Source of the DNA: a virus
IMG/VR virus record: IMGVR_UViG_3300020391_000004
Location: 1 to 64,000 of that record
Strand: one strand, 5' to 3'
Length of the DNA stretch: 64,000 nucleotides
This document shows positions 55,369-64,000 of this stretch, one piece after another. The notes beneath the pieces were generated by a model. It saw only the letters and a program-made list of their open reading frames with translations, was not told where the DNA came from and did no database searches. Every line of letters starts with the position of its first letter. Positions within the stretch are counted from its first letter, which is position 1. Both the position numbers and the translations under genes were made by a program.

Positions 55369-56795
55369 TACTTGCTCCAGTTCTTGACTGCATTAAAGTT
55401 GTTCTTTGAAAACTCCATACGATCTACTAGTTTTACTGCACCATTTTCTGTGCCTATAGCTACAAACCCTTCAGGGTTAACTACTTGATAGCCTTTGTCT
55501 GTTCTTAACAATGTCTGTATAGTGTCTACTTTATTCAATTTATTTATTAGCATATTCTTAAGTGCAATTATGTCTTTGTAAACTGCTAGTGCGCCTGATA
55601 TTCCCTTCATGTTTTTAGTTACATATTCATTTTGGGCATTAATTTTATCTGTGCGTCTTTTTACTGCAGGACTGGCTGGATCTTGATTCTTAAGTTTTGA
55701 TATCTCTTTTTGCACTTTACCATTATACCAATTACTAAAATCTTGTACAAAAACATCTGGCTCAGTAGTCTGCGTATCACCCCTACGTATTCTTGCATTT
55801 ATATATTGCATGAATAATTCTTGATATTCTTTATTATTTACTGTTTCGAAGTTAGCAGTTTTCATTGCTTTAGCAGTATCGTTTACTCCAATTAGTATTT
55901 GTTTATTTTCTTCTGGAGTAAGACTTGCTTGTCCACTTAGGTCTTTATAAGTAGCATCATCAAACCATACGTCTTTAGTTTTATTATATCCACTTATGTC
56001 TACACCAAAACTTGCCTTCATATCTTCCATGTTATCGCCTGTATAGGTTGTGTGAAATATCATACCCATTTGACTTTGTGCTATACGTTTACCTAAATTA
56101 CTGTCCTTAGGTACTGCATAAGCAATTGTATTAGGCTGAAATATAAAACTTTCTTTTCCGTCTATTTCTCCGTCTTCTAAGTCTGCCTTAGTATACATCA
56201 TGTCACCTTGTACAACTCCTTGTATACCTAATTTTGAAAGTAATTGTAATGCTAGTGCAAGTTTTGCACGTAGGTTGCCTTCGTATCCATAGCGATCTAA
56301 GTCTTCCATACTTTTTACAAGTTTACCTGTTTGACTAAAAACACCTTTAGTTCCTACAAAAAACTTTCCGTCTGCAGGATCTATACCTGTAAATATTGCT
56401 GGTGCACCATCCCACTTTACTGTAAGACCTTTACCTACACTACCACCTTCTTCTAGCATATCTCTAACACTATTGATATACTGTAGTGCTTCCTTGGCAC
56501 CACTAGCACCTTTAAGAAATACTAAATCCTCAATATGTTCTAAGTGTAGATTCTTGCCTTCTTTATCTTCTAAAGTAATATCGTCTGTAATTTGTGCAAG
56601 TTTTTTACCCATGTCAACTGCTGATGTAGTATTTGAATTGTCACTACTACTACCACTAGACGCCAGAGTACCAGCCGCTGCTCCTATAGTCCTAATTGCG
56701 GCTGCACCTACTCTTGCCGCACCTGCGACAACGGCTGCTACTACAGGAGCAATTTCGTTTATTTGTTTCCTATTTTTAAATTCTCTTAGACGCAT
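55368..56795 (-). CDS. RNA-ligase-like covalent nucleotidyltransferase (MRLREF N-terminus)
   Basis: VKWDGAP (motif I KxDG), QGDMMY, EGFVA, VKLV. Confidence 0.6.
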   Translation of the reverse strand: MRLREFKNRKQINEIAPVVAAVVAGAARVGAAAIRTIGAAAGTLASSGSSSDNSNTTSAVDMGKKLAQITDDITLEDKEGKNLHLEHIEDLVFLKGASGAKEALQYINSVRDMLEEGGSVGKGLTVKWDGAPAIFTGIDPADGKFFVGTKGVFSQTGKLVKSMEDLDRYGYEGNLRAKLALALQLLSKLGIQGVVQGDMMYTKADLEDGEIDGKESFIFQPNTIAYAVPKDSNLGKRIAQSQMGMIFHTTYTGDNMEDMKASFGVDISGYNKTKDVWFDDATYKDLSGQASLTPEENKQILIGVNDTAKAMKTANFETVNNKEYQELFMQYINARIRRGDTQTTEPDVFVQDFSNWYNGKVQKEISKLKNQDPASPAVKRRTDKINAQNEYVTKNMKGISGALAVYKDIIALKNMLINKLNKVDTIQTLLRTDKGYQVVNPEGFVAIGTENGAVKLVDRMEFSKNNFNAVKNWSK

Positions 56796-57039
56796 TGCTT
56801 TCGTTTACTTTTCTAATTCCACGTACAAATCTTGTTTTATCTTGATGTTTAATACTATTCAATAATCTTCTTTCCAAGTCACCTGCGACTGTGCTGTCAT
56901 AGTGCTTGTGCATTTCGTTAATAAGATTGATGGCGCTCTCTATCACGTTAGTTGCTCGACTTTCTAAAACATGTTGCCTATCTTTTTCTACAATCATGCT
57001 GTTTAGTTCGTGTAAAATACTACGAGTCTTTTTACGCAT
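56776..57039 (-). CDS. Conserved phage hypothetical protein
   Basis: TRSILHEL...RLLNSIK motif; TAAATA upstream. Confidence 0.65.
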   Translation of the reverse strand: MRKKTRSILHELNSMIVEKDRQHVLESRATNVIESAINLINEMHKHYDSTVAGDLERRLLNSIKHQDKTRFVRGIRKVNESNASKRI

Positions 57040-57122
57040 TTTTATATCCTATTCATTTTATGTATTTATCGTATCAAATTAGTATAGCACACTACTAAAT
57101 ACATTGCAAGGAGAGAATTCAA

Positions 57123-57608
57123 ATGGGACAATTCAACAATAAAATTATGGCTGAGTTTAATCCACCTCGTAAGTGGACACTTGGTAGGGATTTATCTTAC
57201 ACAACAAAAGATCTTACTGTAGATGAAATTAAAGCACTAAAAGGTGTAGGTGTAAAAGTTGTTAGAGAAACTAATAAGACAGAAACAATTACAGTGCCAA
57301 CAGGATTTGTAACTGACTTAGCATCAGTTCCCAGAGCAATGTGGTGGTTAATAGCACCATTTGATGTTGCAAGAGCGGCCATTATACATGACTTGTTATA
57401 TAAATCAATAAGACAATACCGTTGGAAGAAAAAAGACAAACAAGATAGCGAACTTGTTAAGGCGGCAAAAATTGCATCAGATAAAGTTTTCTTATTAGGT
57501 ATGAGAGATGCTGATCCAAAGATTCCTAGATACAAGATTTACTTGTCTTGGAAAGCAGTAGATTTATTTGGTAATGGTTCTATAGTTCCAAACGAAAATA
57601 ATATATAA
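57123..57608 (+). CDS. DUF1353-family protein
   Basis: VPTGFVTDLASVPR, AAIIHDLLY. Confidence 0.85.
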   Translation: MGQFNNKIMAEFNPPRKWTLGRDLSYTTKDLTVDEIKALKGVGVKVVRETNKTETITVPTGFVTDLASVPRAMWWLIAPFDVARAAIIHDLLYKSIRQYRWKKKDKQDSELVKAAKIASDKVFLLGMRDADPKIPRYKIYLSWKAVDLFGNGSIVPNENNI

Positions 57609-58607
57609 TTACCACTTCCTAATATTATTAGGTAGCTTAAAATTTGTAATATTATCAAATTGAGATATAAATTTATCTAAATTATCTCTTACTAGTGATA
57701 AATTTTTTAAATGCCTATCCATAAAATCTAACTTTTTAACATTGCTATTTTCTAAAAGTTTGCGATTGTGTTCTAAAGCATTACAAACTCTTAGTGCCGG
57801 ATGTAGTTCATACTGATAACTATGATCTACAACGTCATTAAAAACATCAAATCCTATACTAGTAAGTTTTTCTGGCAGTTTGTATCCTCCACAGAATATA
57901 GGAAAACAACATCCATAAATTGACATCAAATATTTTTCTGTAATACTACATGCTTTTTCCCAAAATACTGGTTCAGTTATAATTGCAAAAGTACTAGAAC
58001 AAAACTTTTCTTTAAAAACATCATTCCACATTGAAGCATTTCCTAAGCCTATATTACGATAATATTTTTGTGCTTTTTGATTTTTATAAGGGATAAATTT
58101 TTTTGTCAAAAAGTCGTCAAAAGAATAATTTGTTAGCCGTGTATATTCTTGCACTTTACTAAAGTCATTATCTGTTATCTCCCATCCTTGAGTATAATCA
58201 AAATCTATATTCTTGTTTTGTTTAAACCATGCACTGACAAGAAGTCTATTTTCTCTAAGTTTATTCATCATTACAAAACAGTTTTGTTTATCTGAATATT
58301 CTGTTGTGTTAGAGTGCTCCAAGAAATCAAGACATTCGGCAAAAAATGCACGATGAGGTACACATGTATGAGGGTATGGAAAATCTGTGTATTCTAAGTA
58401 GTGATTCATATATACATGTTCTACATCTATATTGTTATCTTTAATAATCTGCTCTATACTATTGTAAGATTGATCATAGTAAATGCTACCTGTTTCTAAG
58501 TCTGCTTCTATTGAGTGAATGTGAGAAAGAGGCTGATGATCAATAACTAGAACAATACCTTTATTTTGTGGTAGACATGTTGTATAAGTTGGAGTTATTA
58601 CTAACAT
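57609..58607 (-). CDS. TEK-motif protein, paralog 4
   Basis: FAIITEP...ITEKYL...FPI...GFDVF.DVVDHSY. Confidence 0.55.
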   Translation of the reverse strand: MLVITPTYTTCLPQNKGIVLVIDHQPLSHIHSIEADLETGSIYYDQSYNSIEQIIKDNNIDVEHVYMNHYLEYTDFPYPHTCVPHRAFFAECLDFLEHSNTTEYSDKQNCFVMMNKLRENRLLVSAWFKQNKNIDFDYTQGWEITDNDFSKVQEYTRLTNYSFDDFLTKKFIPYKNQKAQKYYRNIGLGNASMWNDVFKEKFCSSTFAIITEPVFWEKACSITEKYLMSIYGCCFPIFCGGYKLPEKLTSIGFDVFNDVVDHSYQYELHPALRVCNALEHNRKLLENSNVKKLDFMDRHLKNLSLVRDNLDKFISQFDNITNFKLPNNIRKW

Positions 58608-58616
58608 TTTATTATC

Positions 58617-59333
58617 TTAATAATCATGTAAACTTCTCCAATGCTTCCATATTTCAATAGACTCTGACCAATCGTGCTTACCAATATTCATTTGTTTTTG
58701 TATCTTTTGTAATATTTTGAAAAAACTATCTTGATGTAGCATATCGCTTAAATTTACGCTAACACCTTGTAACGCATTATTGTTAAGATAATCTACAATT
58801 GAGTAGTCTATTATATTCTCTTTTATAAATCTATATAGATTATTAGTCTTAATCTTATATTGATTGTTAAAGTTTCCAACCGCATAACTTGGTCTATGTT
58901 GATGTTGTGTTATAATATAAGTGTTGTTATTTTTTTCTACGCTAAATTGTTTTTTCCAGCGACTCTTACGATACCATTTAAGACTATTTTTATCAACATT
59001 AATGTTCACACAAAAATAGTTTTGCATAAAGCGAGCAGTGTAAGTTTTCTGCCACAATGTGGGTATCCATAAGTTAGGAAAATTAATATCTAGTTGGTCT
59101 ATATCGTCTCCTCGAGGATACATAGCACTTACATATTTTTGGAAGTTCCATGGATTTGTTGGCTCTGCATCTAACCAGTTATCAAAGTTTCCTGTATATC
59201 TTGACTTTGCATAATCTAATTCGCTAAAATTAGTTGTATTCCAACTTGCTATTTCTGAATGGGTGCCTAAACATGTTACAAGCATCTTTCCTGCCGCACC
59301 AGGAGGAAATTTTATTAACAAGAATCTATTCAT
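58617..59333 (-). CDS. Hypothetical protein with P-loop/sulfotransferase-like start
   Basis: FPPGAAGKML. Confidence 0.4.
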   Translation of the reverse strand: MNRFLLIKFPPGAAGKMLVTCLGTHSEIASWNTTNFSELDYAKSRYTGNFDNWLDAEPTNPWNFQKYVSAMYPRGDDIDQLDINFPNLWIPTLWQKTYTARFMQNYFCVNINVDKNSLKWYRKSRWKKQFSVEKNNNTYIITQHQHRPSYAVGNFNNQYKIKTNNLYRFIKENIIDYSIVDYLNNNALQGVSVNLSDMLHQDSFFKILQKIQKQMNIGKHDWSESIEIWKHWRSLHDY

Positions 59334-59339
59334 TACATT

Positions 59340-59368
59340 ATTATATATTCACTTTTTTTCTAAATCAA
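59340..59368 (-). promoter_or_regulatory. sigma70-type promoter TTGATT-17-TATAAT, ATG 6 nt downstream
   Basis: Read directly. Confidence 0.6.
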
Positions 59369-59379
59369 TCTTTAACTGG

Positions 59380-59445
59380 TATAAATAAAACGTTGCAACT
59401 TGCAACACTAGGCACATAAAGAATTTAGACAAACTAGAGGCACAA
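59380..59445 (+). promoter_or_regulatory. Late promoter and leader with a palindrome and two AGGCACA boxes
   Basis: TATAAATA 59380-59387; GTTGCAA-C-TTGCAAC 59392-59406; AGGCACA at 59410 and 59438. Confidence 0.55.
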
Positions 59446-61143
59446 ATGAAGATACCCAAAGATGCGAAGGCTCAATTAGAACGATTACTCGGCAGATTCA
59501 TAAGGCATATTCCGAACAATACTGAATATCATAACAGGCTTATCGAAGAACTAGAGATCATACTCAGACTTCGTTTCGTCGATTACTTCCTAACAATTTG
59601 CGATGTACTGGCGCTAACCAAAGACATAACACATATGACTCGTGGTTCAGCAGGGTCTAGTCTCGTCTGCTACCTACTTGGTATAACAGACGTGGATCCC
59701 ATAAGATGGCAAATACCGGTAGCACGTTTCCTAAATCCTTTAAGGGATGACTTACCAGATGTAGATATAGACTTTCCACACTGGCAACAGGATGCCGTTA
59801 TGCAAAAAATATTTGCTAAATGGCCCGGAAAAAGTGCTCGTATCAGCAACTATGTAACTTATAAAGAAAAGAGTGCAAGGCGTGAAGCCGCACGACGTCT
59901 AGGTGCATCTGGTAAACTTCCCCGTGGCTTTAAATACGAAGATTTAGATATAGACAAGGAAGAAGCAATGAGAATCGAACGAAAATTATTAGGCAAAAAA
60001 AGAGCAATATCAAAACACTGTGGAGGAGTTCTTATATTCAAACACAACATGCCAAAAAGCCTAATAAATGCAGACAATCAAATATTATTAGACAAACGTG
60101 AAGTAGAAGACTTGGAGCATCTTAAAATAGATATCCTTGCTAACCGAGGACTTAGTCAACTGTTAGAAATAGATGCAGACACACCTCTAGAAGCATACCC
60201 AGAAGAAGATTACGAAACAAGTAAATTATTGTGTAGCGGAAATGTAATAGGAGTAACACAAGCAGAATCTCCTGCTATGAGAAGATTATTCCAAGCAATA
60301 CAACCAAAAGGAAAAAGCGACTGTGTATTTGCTACGGCACTAATAAGACCAGTAGCAACTACAGGTAGACAGAAAGCCAGTTTCTTTCAAGACTGGACAG
60401 AACAAAAATTAGAAGATACTATTGTATACGAAGATGATGCAATTAAAAAAATATCAAAACTTATAGGTTGCGACATGTACGAAGCAGACATGTACCGTCG
60501 TGCTTTTGCAAGTCGTGACGAAGAGAAAGTTATGCAGTTCATGGAGAAGATGGGCGACAGTGAAAACAAAGAAGAGATTATAAAAGAACTTTATGGACTA
60601 GGAAACTTTGGACTATGCAGAGCTCATGCAGTAAATTTAGGCAGACTAATTTGGGCATTAGCATATCAGAAAGCACACAATCCAAAACAGTTTTGGAAGG
60701 CGGCACTTAAACATTGTCAAGGAAGTTATAGACGTTGGGTACATAAAACAGAAGCAAAGAATGTAGGATGGGATTTACGTGAACTAGGATATCCAAATGG
60801 TATCACAGAGTCACCACAACAACAATATAAACGTTATGGTTATTGGACACAACCAGAGTTTATGCCAAATATGTTTATACAAGAAACCTGGGGAGATAGA
60901 GTAAACTTTGCAGGACTTGTTGCTAACGGAAGAGTATTCAAAGGCGAACAAGGGAGATACGTTACATTCTTAACATTAGGTATTGCTAACGGTGAATACG
61001 TTGACGTAACTGTTAAGAAACCTTTTGGACATAGAGACCACGATGTTGTAGTAGGCAGTGGGAAGGTGCGTTATAGTAACGGTGCTCGTTATATAGATTG
61101 TTATGATGCTAAAGGTCATAGGCTACATCAGTATCTAAATTAG
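59446..61143 (+). CDS. dnaE: DNA polymerase III alpha-like (family C) catalytic fragment lacking the PHP domain
   Basis: RGSAGSSLVCYLLGITDVDP, PDVDIDF, KHCGG, KIDILA, RAHA..LG. Confidence 0.9.
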   Translation: MKIPKDAKAQLERLLGRFIRHIPNNTEYHNRLIEELEIILRLRFVDYFLTICDVLALTKDITHMTRGSAGSSLVCYLLGITDVDPIRWQIPVARFLNPLRDDLPDVDIDFPHWQQDAVMQKIFAKWPGKSARISNYVTYKEKSARREAARRLGASGKLPRGFKYEDLDIDKEEAMRIERKLLGKKRAISKHCGGVLIFKHNMPKSLINADNQILLDKREVEDLEHLKIDILANRGLSQLLEIDADTPLEAYPEEDYETSKLLCSGNVIGVTQAESPAMRRLFQAIQPKGKSDCVFATALIRPVATTGRQKASFFQDWTEQKLEDTIVYEDDAIKKISKLIGCDMYEADMYRRAFASRDEEKVMQFMEKMGDSENKEEIIKELYGLGNFGLCRAHAVNLGRLIWALAYQKAHNPKQFWKAALKHCQGSYRRWVHKTEAKNVGWDLRELGYPNGITESPQQQYKRYGYWTQPEFMPNMFIQETWGDRVNFAGLVANGRVFKGEQGRYVTFLTLGIANGEYVDVTVKKPFGHRDHDVVVGSGKVRYSNGARYIDCYDAKGHRLHQYLN

Positions 61144-62541
61144 TTATTCGCTTTTTAATCCTGCTAACATATCTTTTAATTTACTACTTTGTACACTTGC
61201 AGTAATTTTTTGTGTTTCACCTTGTGGTGCTTCAACAACTCCAGTATTAGTTTTATTTTTTAGTTGATCATAGATACTACTAGTTTGTTTCTTAAACTGT
61301 TGATATTCTTGATCTTCGCCCAAGTCACGGATACGTAAACTTTCTACATCAAACTCTAAGTCTATCTTTTGTCCGACTCCACTACTACTTCTAGTCTTCA
61401 TAAGTTGTAACTGATACCTGCCACGTTCTCTCATTGCACGACTTGTAAATATACCAAACACATTGTCTGCAGTATTAATCTTACTAAGTCCTCCGCTGAT
61501 ATGCGAATGATCAAACTCTATCTCATCTACTGCACCTCTATTCAACTGCGATGCAGTAACAAATACACAGTTTAATTCTTTTGCTAGGTTACGTAATTCT
61601 TCCGATACATACTTGTCCTTAACAAATAAATCACTTGGCGATACTTTTGCACTAACTGGCATAAGCAGATCTAAATAATCTATAAGCAGGAAGTCTATAG
61701 TCCAACCATTCTTTATTTGTAACTCTTTCAAATATGCTCTAATATCATTTACGTTACTTTGTGCAGGCATATATTTTATTTGTAAGTTGCCTGCCTTTTT
61801 ACCAGCCATCTTAACTTTCATTTCTACTGTATCTAAGTCTTTGAATACTTCTTTAGTAGATACATTTGTAAGCATACTATCTATTCTCATAGCACTTAGT
61901 CCTTCACTAAGTTCTAGTGTCAAGTACACTCCGTTTAATCCGTTTGTTACCCAATTCACTGCTAAGTTCTGCATAAACAAACTTTTACCACTGCCGGATC
62001 CACCAGCAAATATATTCAGTTCACCTTTATTCATACCACCAAACAGTTTACGATCCATTGCGGGCCAACCTGTAGTAATTTGTCCATTATTATCTTTCAA
62101 TGCCATAAGTCTGCCTTTAGGATCTAAGAAATAATCTGTTCCCATATCTTTTGTTAGACTAATTTGTACTGCATCTTTTATAAGTTTCTCAACCGGATCA
62201 TATGTTCCTTTTTCTAATAAGTCTGCCGCCTTAAGTATTGCACGTTCTAGTTCTTGTCGCTTTGTAAATCCCTCAAACTCTGCTAGGAACCAATCATTAT
62301 GACTTTCATGTATATCTGGTACAGGCTTTAGTTCTACACCTGTCACTGCCTTTACTTGTTCATACGTAGGCAATGCACCATGTTCGTCACTATGTGTCTT
62401 TATAAACTCTGCAGTATCATACAAACTCCTATCAAAGTTATCAATGTTGTAAATGTTCTGCACACGAACATAATTCTGTGCATCATTCATCATCATTTCT
62501 AAAAATAGTTTTTGTAAATCTTTTGTATATTCTTTAGCCAT
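61144..62541 (-). CDS. Replicative helicase (T4 gp41/DnaB-like; start revised)
   Basis: AGGSGSGKS Walker A, LELSE, IDYLDL, TASQLNR, KTRSS. Confidence 0.95.
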   Translation of the reverse strand: MAKEYTKDLQKLFLEMMMNDAQNYVRVQNIYNIDNFDRSLYDTAEFIKTHSDEHGALPTYEQVKAVTGVELKPVPDIHESHNDWFLAEFEGFTKRQELERAILKAADLLEKGTYDPVEKLIKDAVQISLTKDMGTDYFLDPKGRLMALKDNNGQITTGWPAMDRKLFGGMNKGELNIFAGGSGSGKSLFMQNLAVNWVTNGLNGVYLTLELSEGLSAMRIDSMLTNVSTKEVFKDLDTVEMKVKMAGKKAGNLQIKYMPAQSNVNDIRAYLKELQIKNGWTIDFLLIDYLDLLMPVSAKVSPSDLFVKDKYVSEELRNLAKELNCVFVTASQLNRGAVDEIEFDHSHISGGLSKINTADNVFGIFTSRAMRERGRYQLQLMKTRSSSGVGQKIDLEFDVESLRIRDLGEDQEYQQFKKQTSSIYDQLKNKTNTGVVEAPQGETQKITASVQSSKLKDMLAGLKSE

Positions 62542-63422
62542 TAACACTTCCCACAATTAAACACACAATAGTCTGGCTTACTATCTTGTATTGTAGCATA
62601 AAAATTATGAAAACGCCTAATACAATCTGTAAGACTGTTGTCCTTTATTGTTAATTTATTCTTCCACCATTCACTTTTATACCAAAAAGAATAATTTTTA
62701 GTATAACAACAAGGTGCATAAAATCCATCTGCACTAATGTAATGACTTTTGCCATCAGCACATTCTGGATCTATTTCAAAGTTTTTAATATTACTTGTCA
62801 TATATTTTTGTTGTACTTCGTCTCTAGGACCTATATAATTTTCTTTTGGTCGTAGATAGTCGTCTATCTCATATCTGTCACTCGGATCTAATTTAAAATT
62901 ATCAATACCTAACTTTTTACTTAAACTTTTCGCTTCTTCTATGTCATTCTCATTAAAGGAAAAAGGAATATATTTCCATGTTGTTTCAACTTTACTTTTC
63001 ACACAAATATCTATACCTGTTTTAATACTGTCCCAATCGCCATTTATTCTATACTTTGTAAAATTATCAGGTGTACCATCAATACTAAAGTCTATTTTAT
63101 CATTATCATCTAATATAGAAACAAGTTTTTCCCACCATATTTTATTTTTTCTACTTGCATTTGTAGTAATAGTCACTGATTTGCATAATCCTTTAGATAC
63201 CTCTACTAATGCTAAAAAGTTTTTATGATATATTGGATCTCCTAAGTTTCCACAGAAGTTTATATGATCGACTTTATCATCAATAAAATTTTTAAAATCG
63301 TTTATGTTTAAATCATTAATTGAAAAATTATTTTTTCCAAACTTATCTATAAAAGTTGTTCGTTCGCATCTTGGACATGCCAGTGTGCATCTACTAGTAG
63401 CCTCAACATGTAAGCCTACCAT
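62541..63422 (-). CDS. Radical SAM protein with C-terminal SPASM/Twitch
   Basis: CTLACPRC, GNLGDP, TTNAS, SIDG, PCC. Confidence 0.88.
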   Translation of the reverse strand: MVGLHVEATSRCTLACPRCERTTFIDKFGKNNFSINDLNINDFKNFIDDKVDHINFCGNLGDPIYHKNFLALVEVSKGLCKSVTITTNASRKNKIWWEKLVSILDDNDKIDFSIDGTPDNFTKYRINGDWDSIKTGIDICVKSKVETTWKYIPFSFNENDIEEAKSLSKKLGIDNFKLDPSDRYEIDDYLRPKENYIGPRDEVQQKYMTSNIKNFEIDPECADGKSHYISADGFYAPCCYTKNYSFWYKSEWWKNKLTIKDNSLTDCIRRFHNFYATIQDSKPDYCVFNCGKC

Positions 63423-64000
63423 CTTTTTCTCTGCAAATTTATTTTAAGACTCATAGTCTGTTTTGCATCTAAAATACTTTTAAGTGTGAACAGTTTACCA
63501 TATCTTACTACTGCATCATTTACATCTTTAACATCTGGCTCCCACTCAGGAAAACTTACACTCCAACCAAACTCTAATGCATCATCAATAAGTCTTTGTC
63601 CAGCCTTATCTTTATCTGGAACTAGTATCACTTCTCTACCTAGTGTATCTATAATCTGTGCTTGTGTCTCACTACAACGGTTGTTCATTATTCCTATGCC
63701 ACCTATACATATAGCATCTAATAATCCTTCAGTTACAATTATAAACCTACTGTTAGGCAACTGATTATCAATGCCATAAACGAAACCACTATCATGACTA
63801 GTAAAATATTTGGGTTTGGTGTCATTATCTACACTCCTTGCACTAAATCCTATTGTACGTCTACCCCACTTGAATGGAATAATTATTCTTTTATGCATGC
63901 CAGCTGCTTTACTATCACTGTACATAATTTTTTCTAATGGCAATGCCCTACTTTCTGCATATAGTCTTATATGTTCAGGCAATTCGTTTGTACTATTATC
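63416..64000 (-). CDS. DNA primase, Toprim domain (partial, 5' end outside window)
   Basis: RIIIPF, G..AR, KY, VTEG.LDA, VPDKDKAG, KDVND; frame open to the edge. Confidence 0.9.
   Translation of the reverse strand, partial: DNSTNELPEHIRLYAESRALPLEKIMYSDSKAAGMHKRIIIPFKWGRRTIGFSARSVDNDTKPKYFTSHDSGFVYGIDNQLPNSRFIIVTEGLLDAICIGGIGIMNNRCSETQAQIIDTLGREVILVPDKDKAGQRLIDDALEFGWSVSFPEWEPDVKDVNDAVVRYGKLFTLKSILDAKQTMSLKINLQRKRW

Noticed and set aside
7269-63764. Numerous short ORFs antisense to or nested within long genes (e.g. 8295, 8691, 13542, 15816, 24647, 53582, 61787)
   Set aside because: Shadow ORFs of well-supported genes, with no RBS, promoter or motif support
1-64000. Interpretation as a bacterial chromosome because of glyA, petB, rpsU, clpS and dnaE
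   Set aside because: These genes are isolated from their usual operon partners and interleaved with PAAR, gp41/gp61-like and virion genes and TATAAATA promoters
1-64000. tRNA, rRNA, CRISPR array, transposase or integrase
   Set aside because: None recognised by eye; the only regular repeat is the coding PKL array. tRNAscan-SE would be needed to exclude tRNAs formally
1-64000. Stop-codon reassignment as seen in some large phages
   Set aside because: Conserved genes translate full length in the standard code, and TAA, TAG and TGA all end genes

Overview
AT-rich, densely coding window, mostly on the minus strand, best read as part of a large T4-like (myovirus-type) phage genome. It has a gp41-like helicase, a gp61-like primase, nrdA/nrdB, glutaredoxin, a PAAR protein, a SleB-type cell wall hydrolase, a head/virion protein block, and TATAAATA-type late promoters alongside sigma70 promoters. 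The host-derived genes (cytochrome b, pseudoazurin, DadA, ROSE-led Hsp20, bS21) look alphaproteobacterial, so the host is probably a marine alphaproteobacterium (inference). Highlights: (1) a candidate programmed -1 frameshift (A_AAA_AAA, 7-nt spacer, H-type pseudoknot) that would extend a membrane coiled-coil protein by a 103-aa frame with no start codon; (2) an intact phage-borne cytochrome b that, with DadA and pseudoazurin, could form a quinone-to-periplasm electron-transfer set; (3) a shared N-terminal M-x-hydrophobic-x-E-hydrophobic motif on nine proteins, including RNA-ligase-like, nuclease-like and metallopeptidase-like ones, suggesting capsid-targeted injected enzymes; (4) many apparently leaderless genes; (5) a large glycan/small-molecule modification toolkit; (6) a PHP-less DnaE. 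All family assignments come from motif recognition by eye; no database searches were run.
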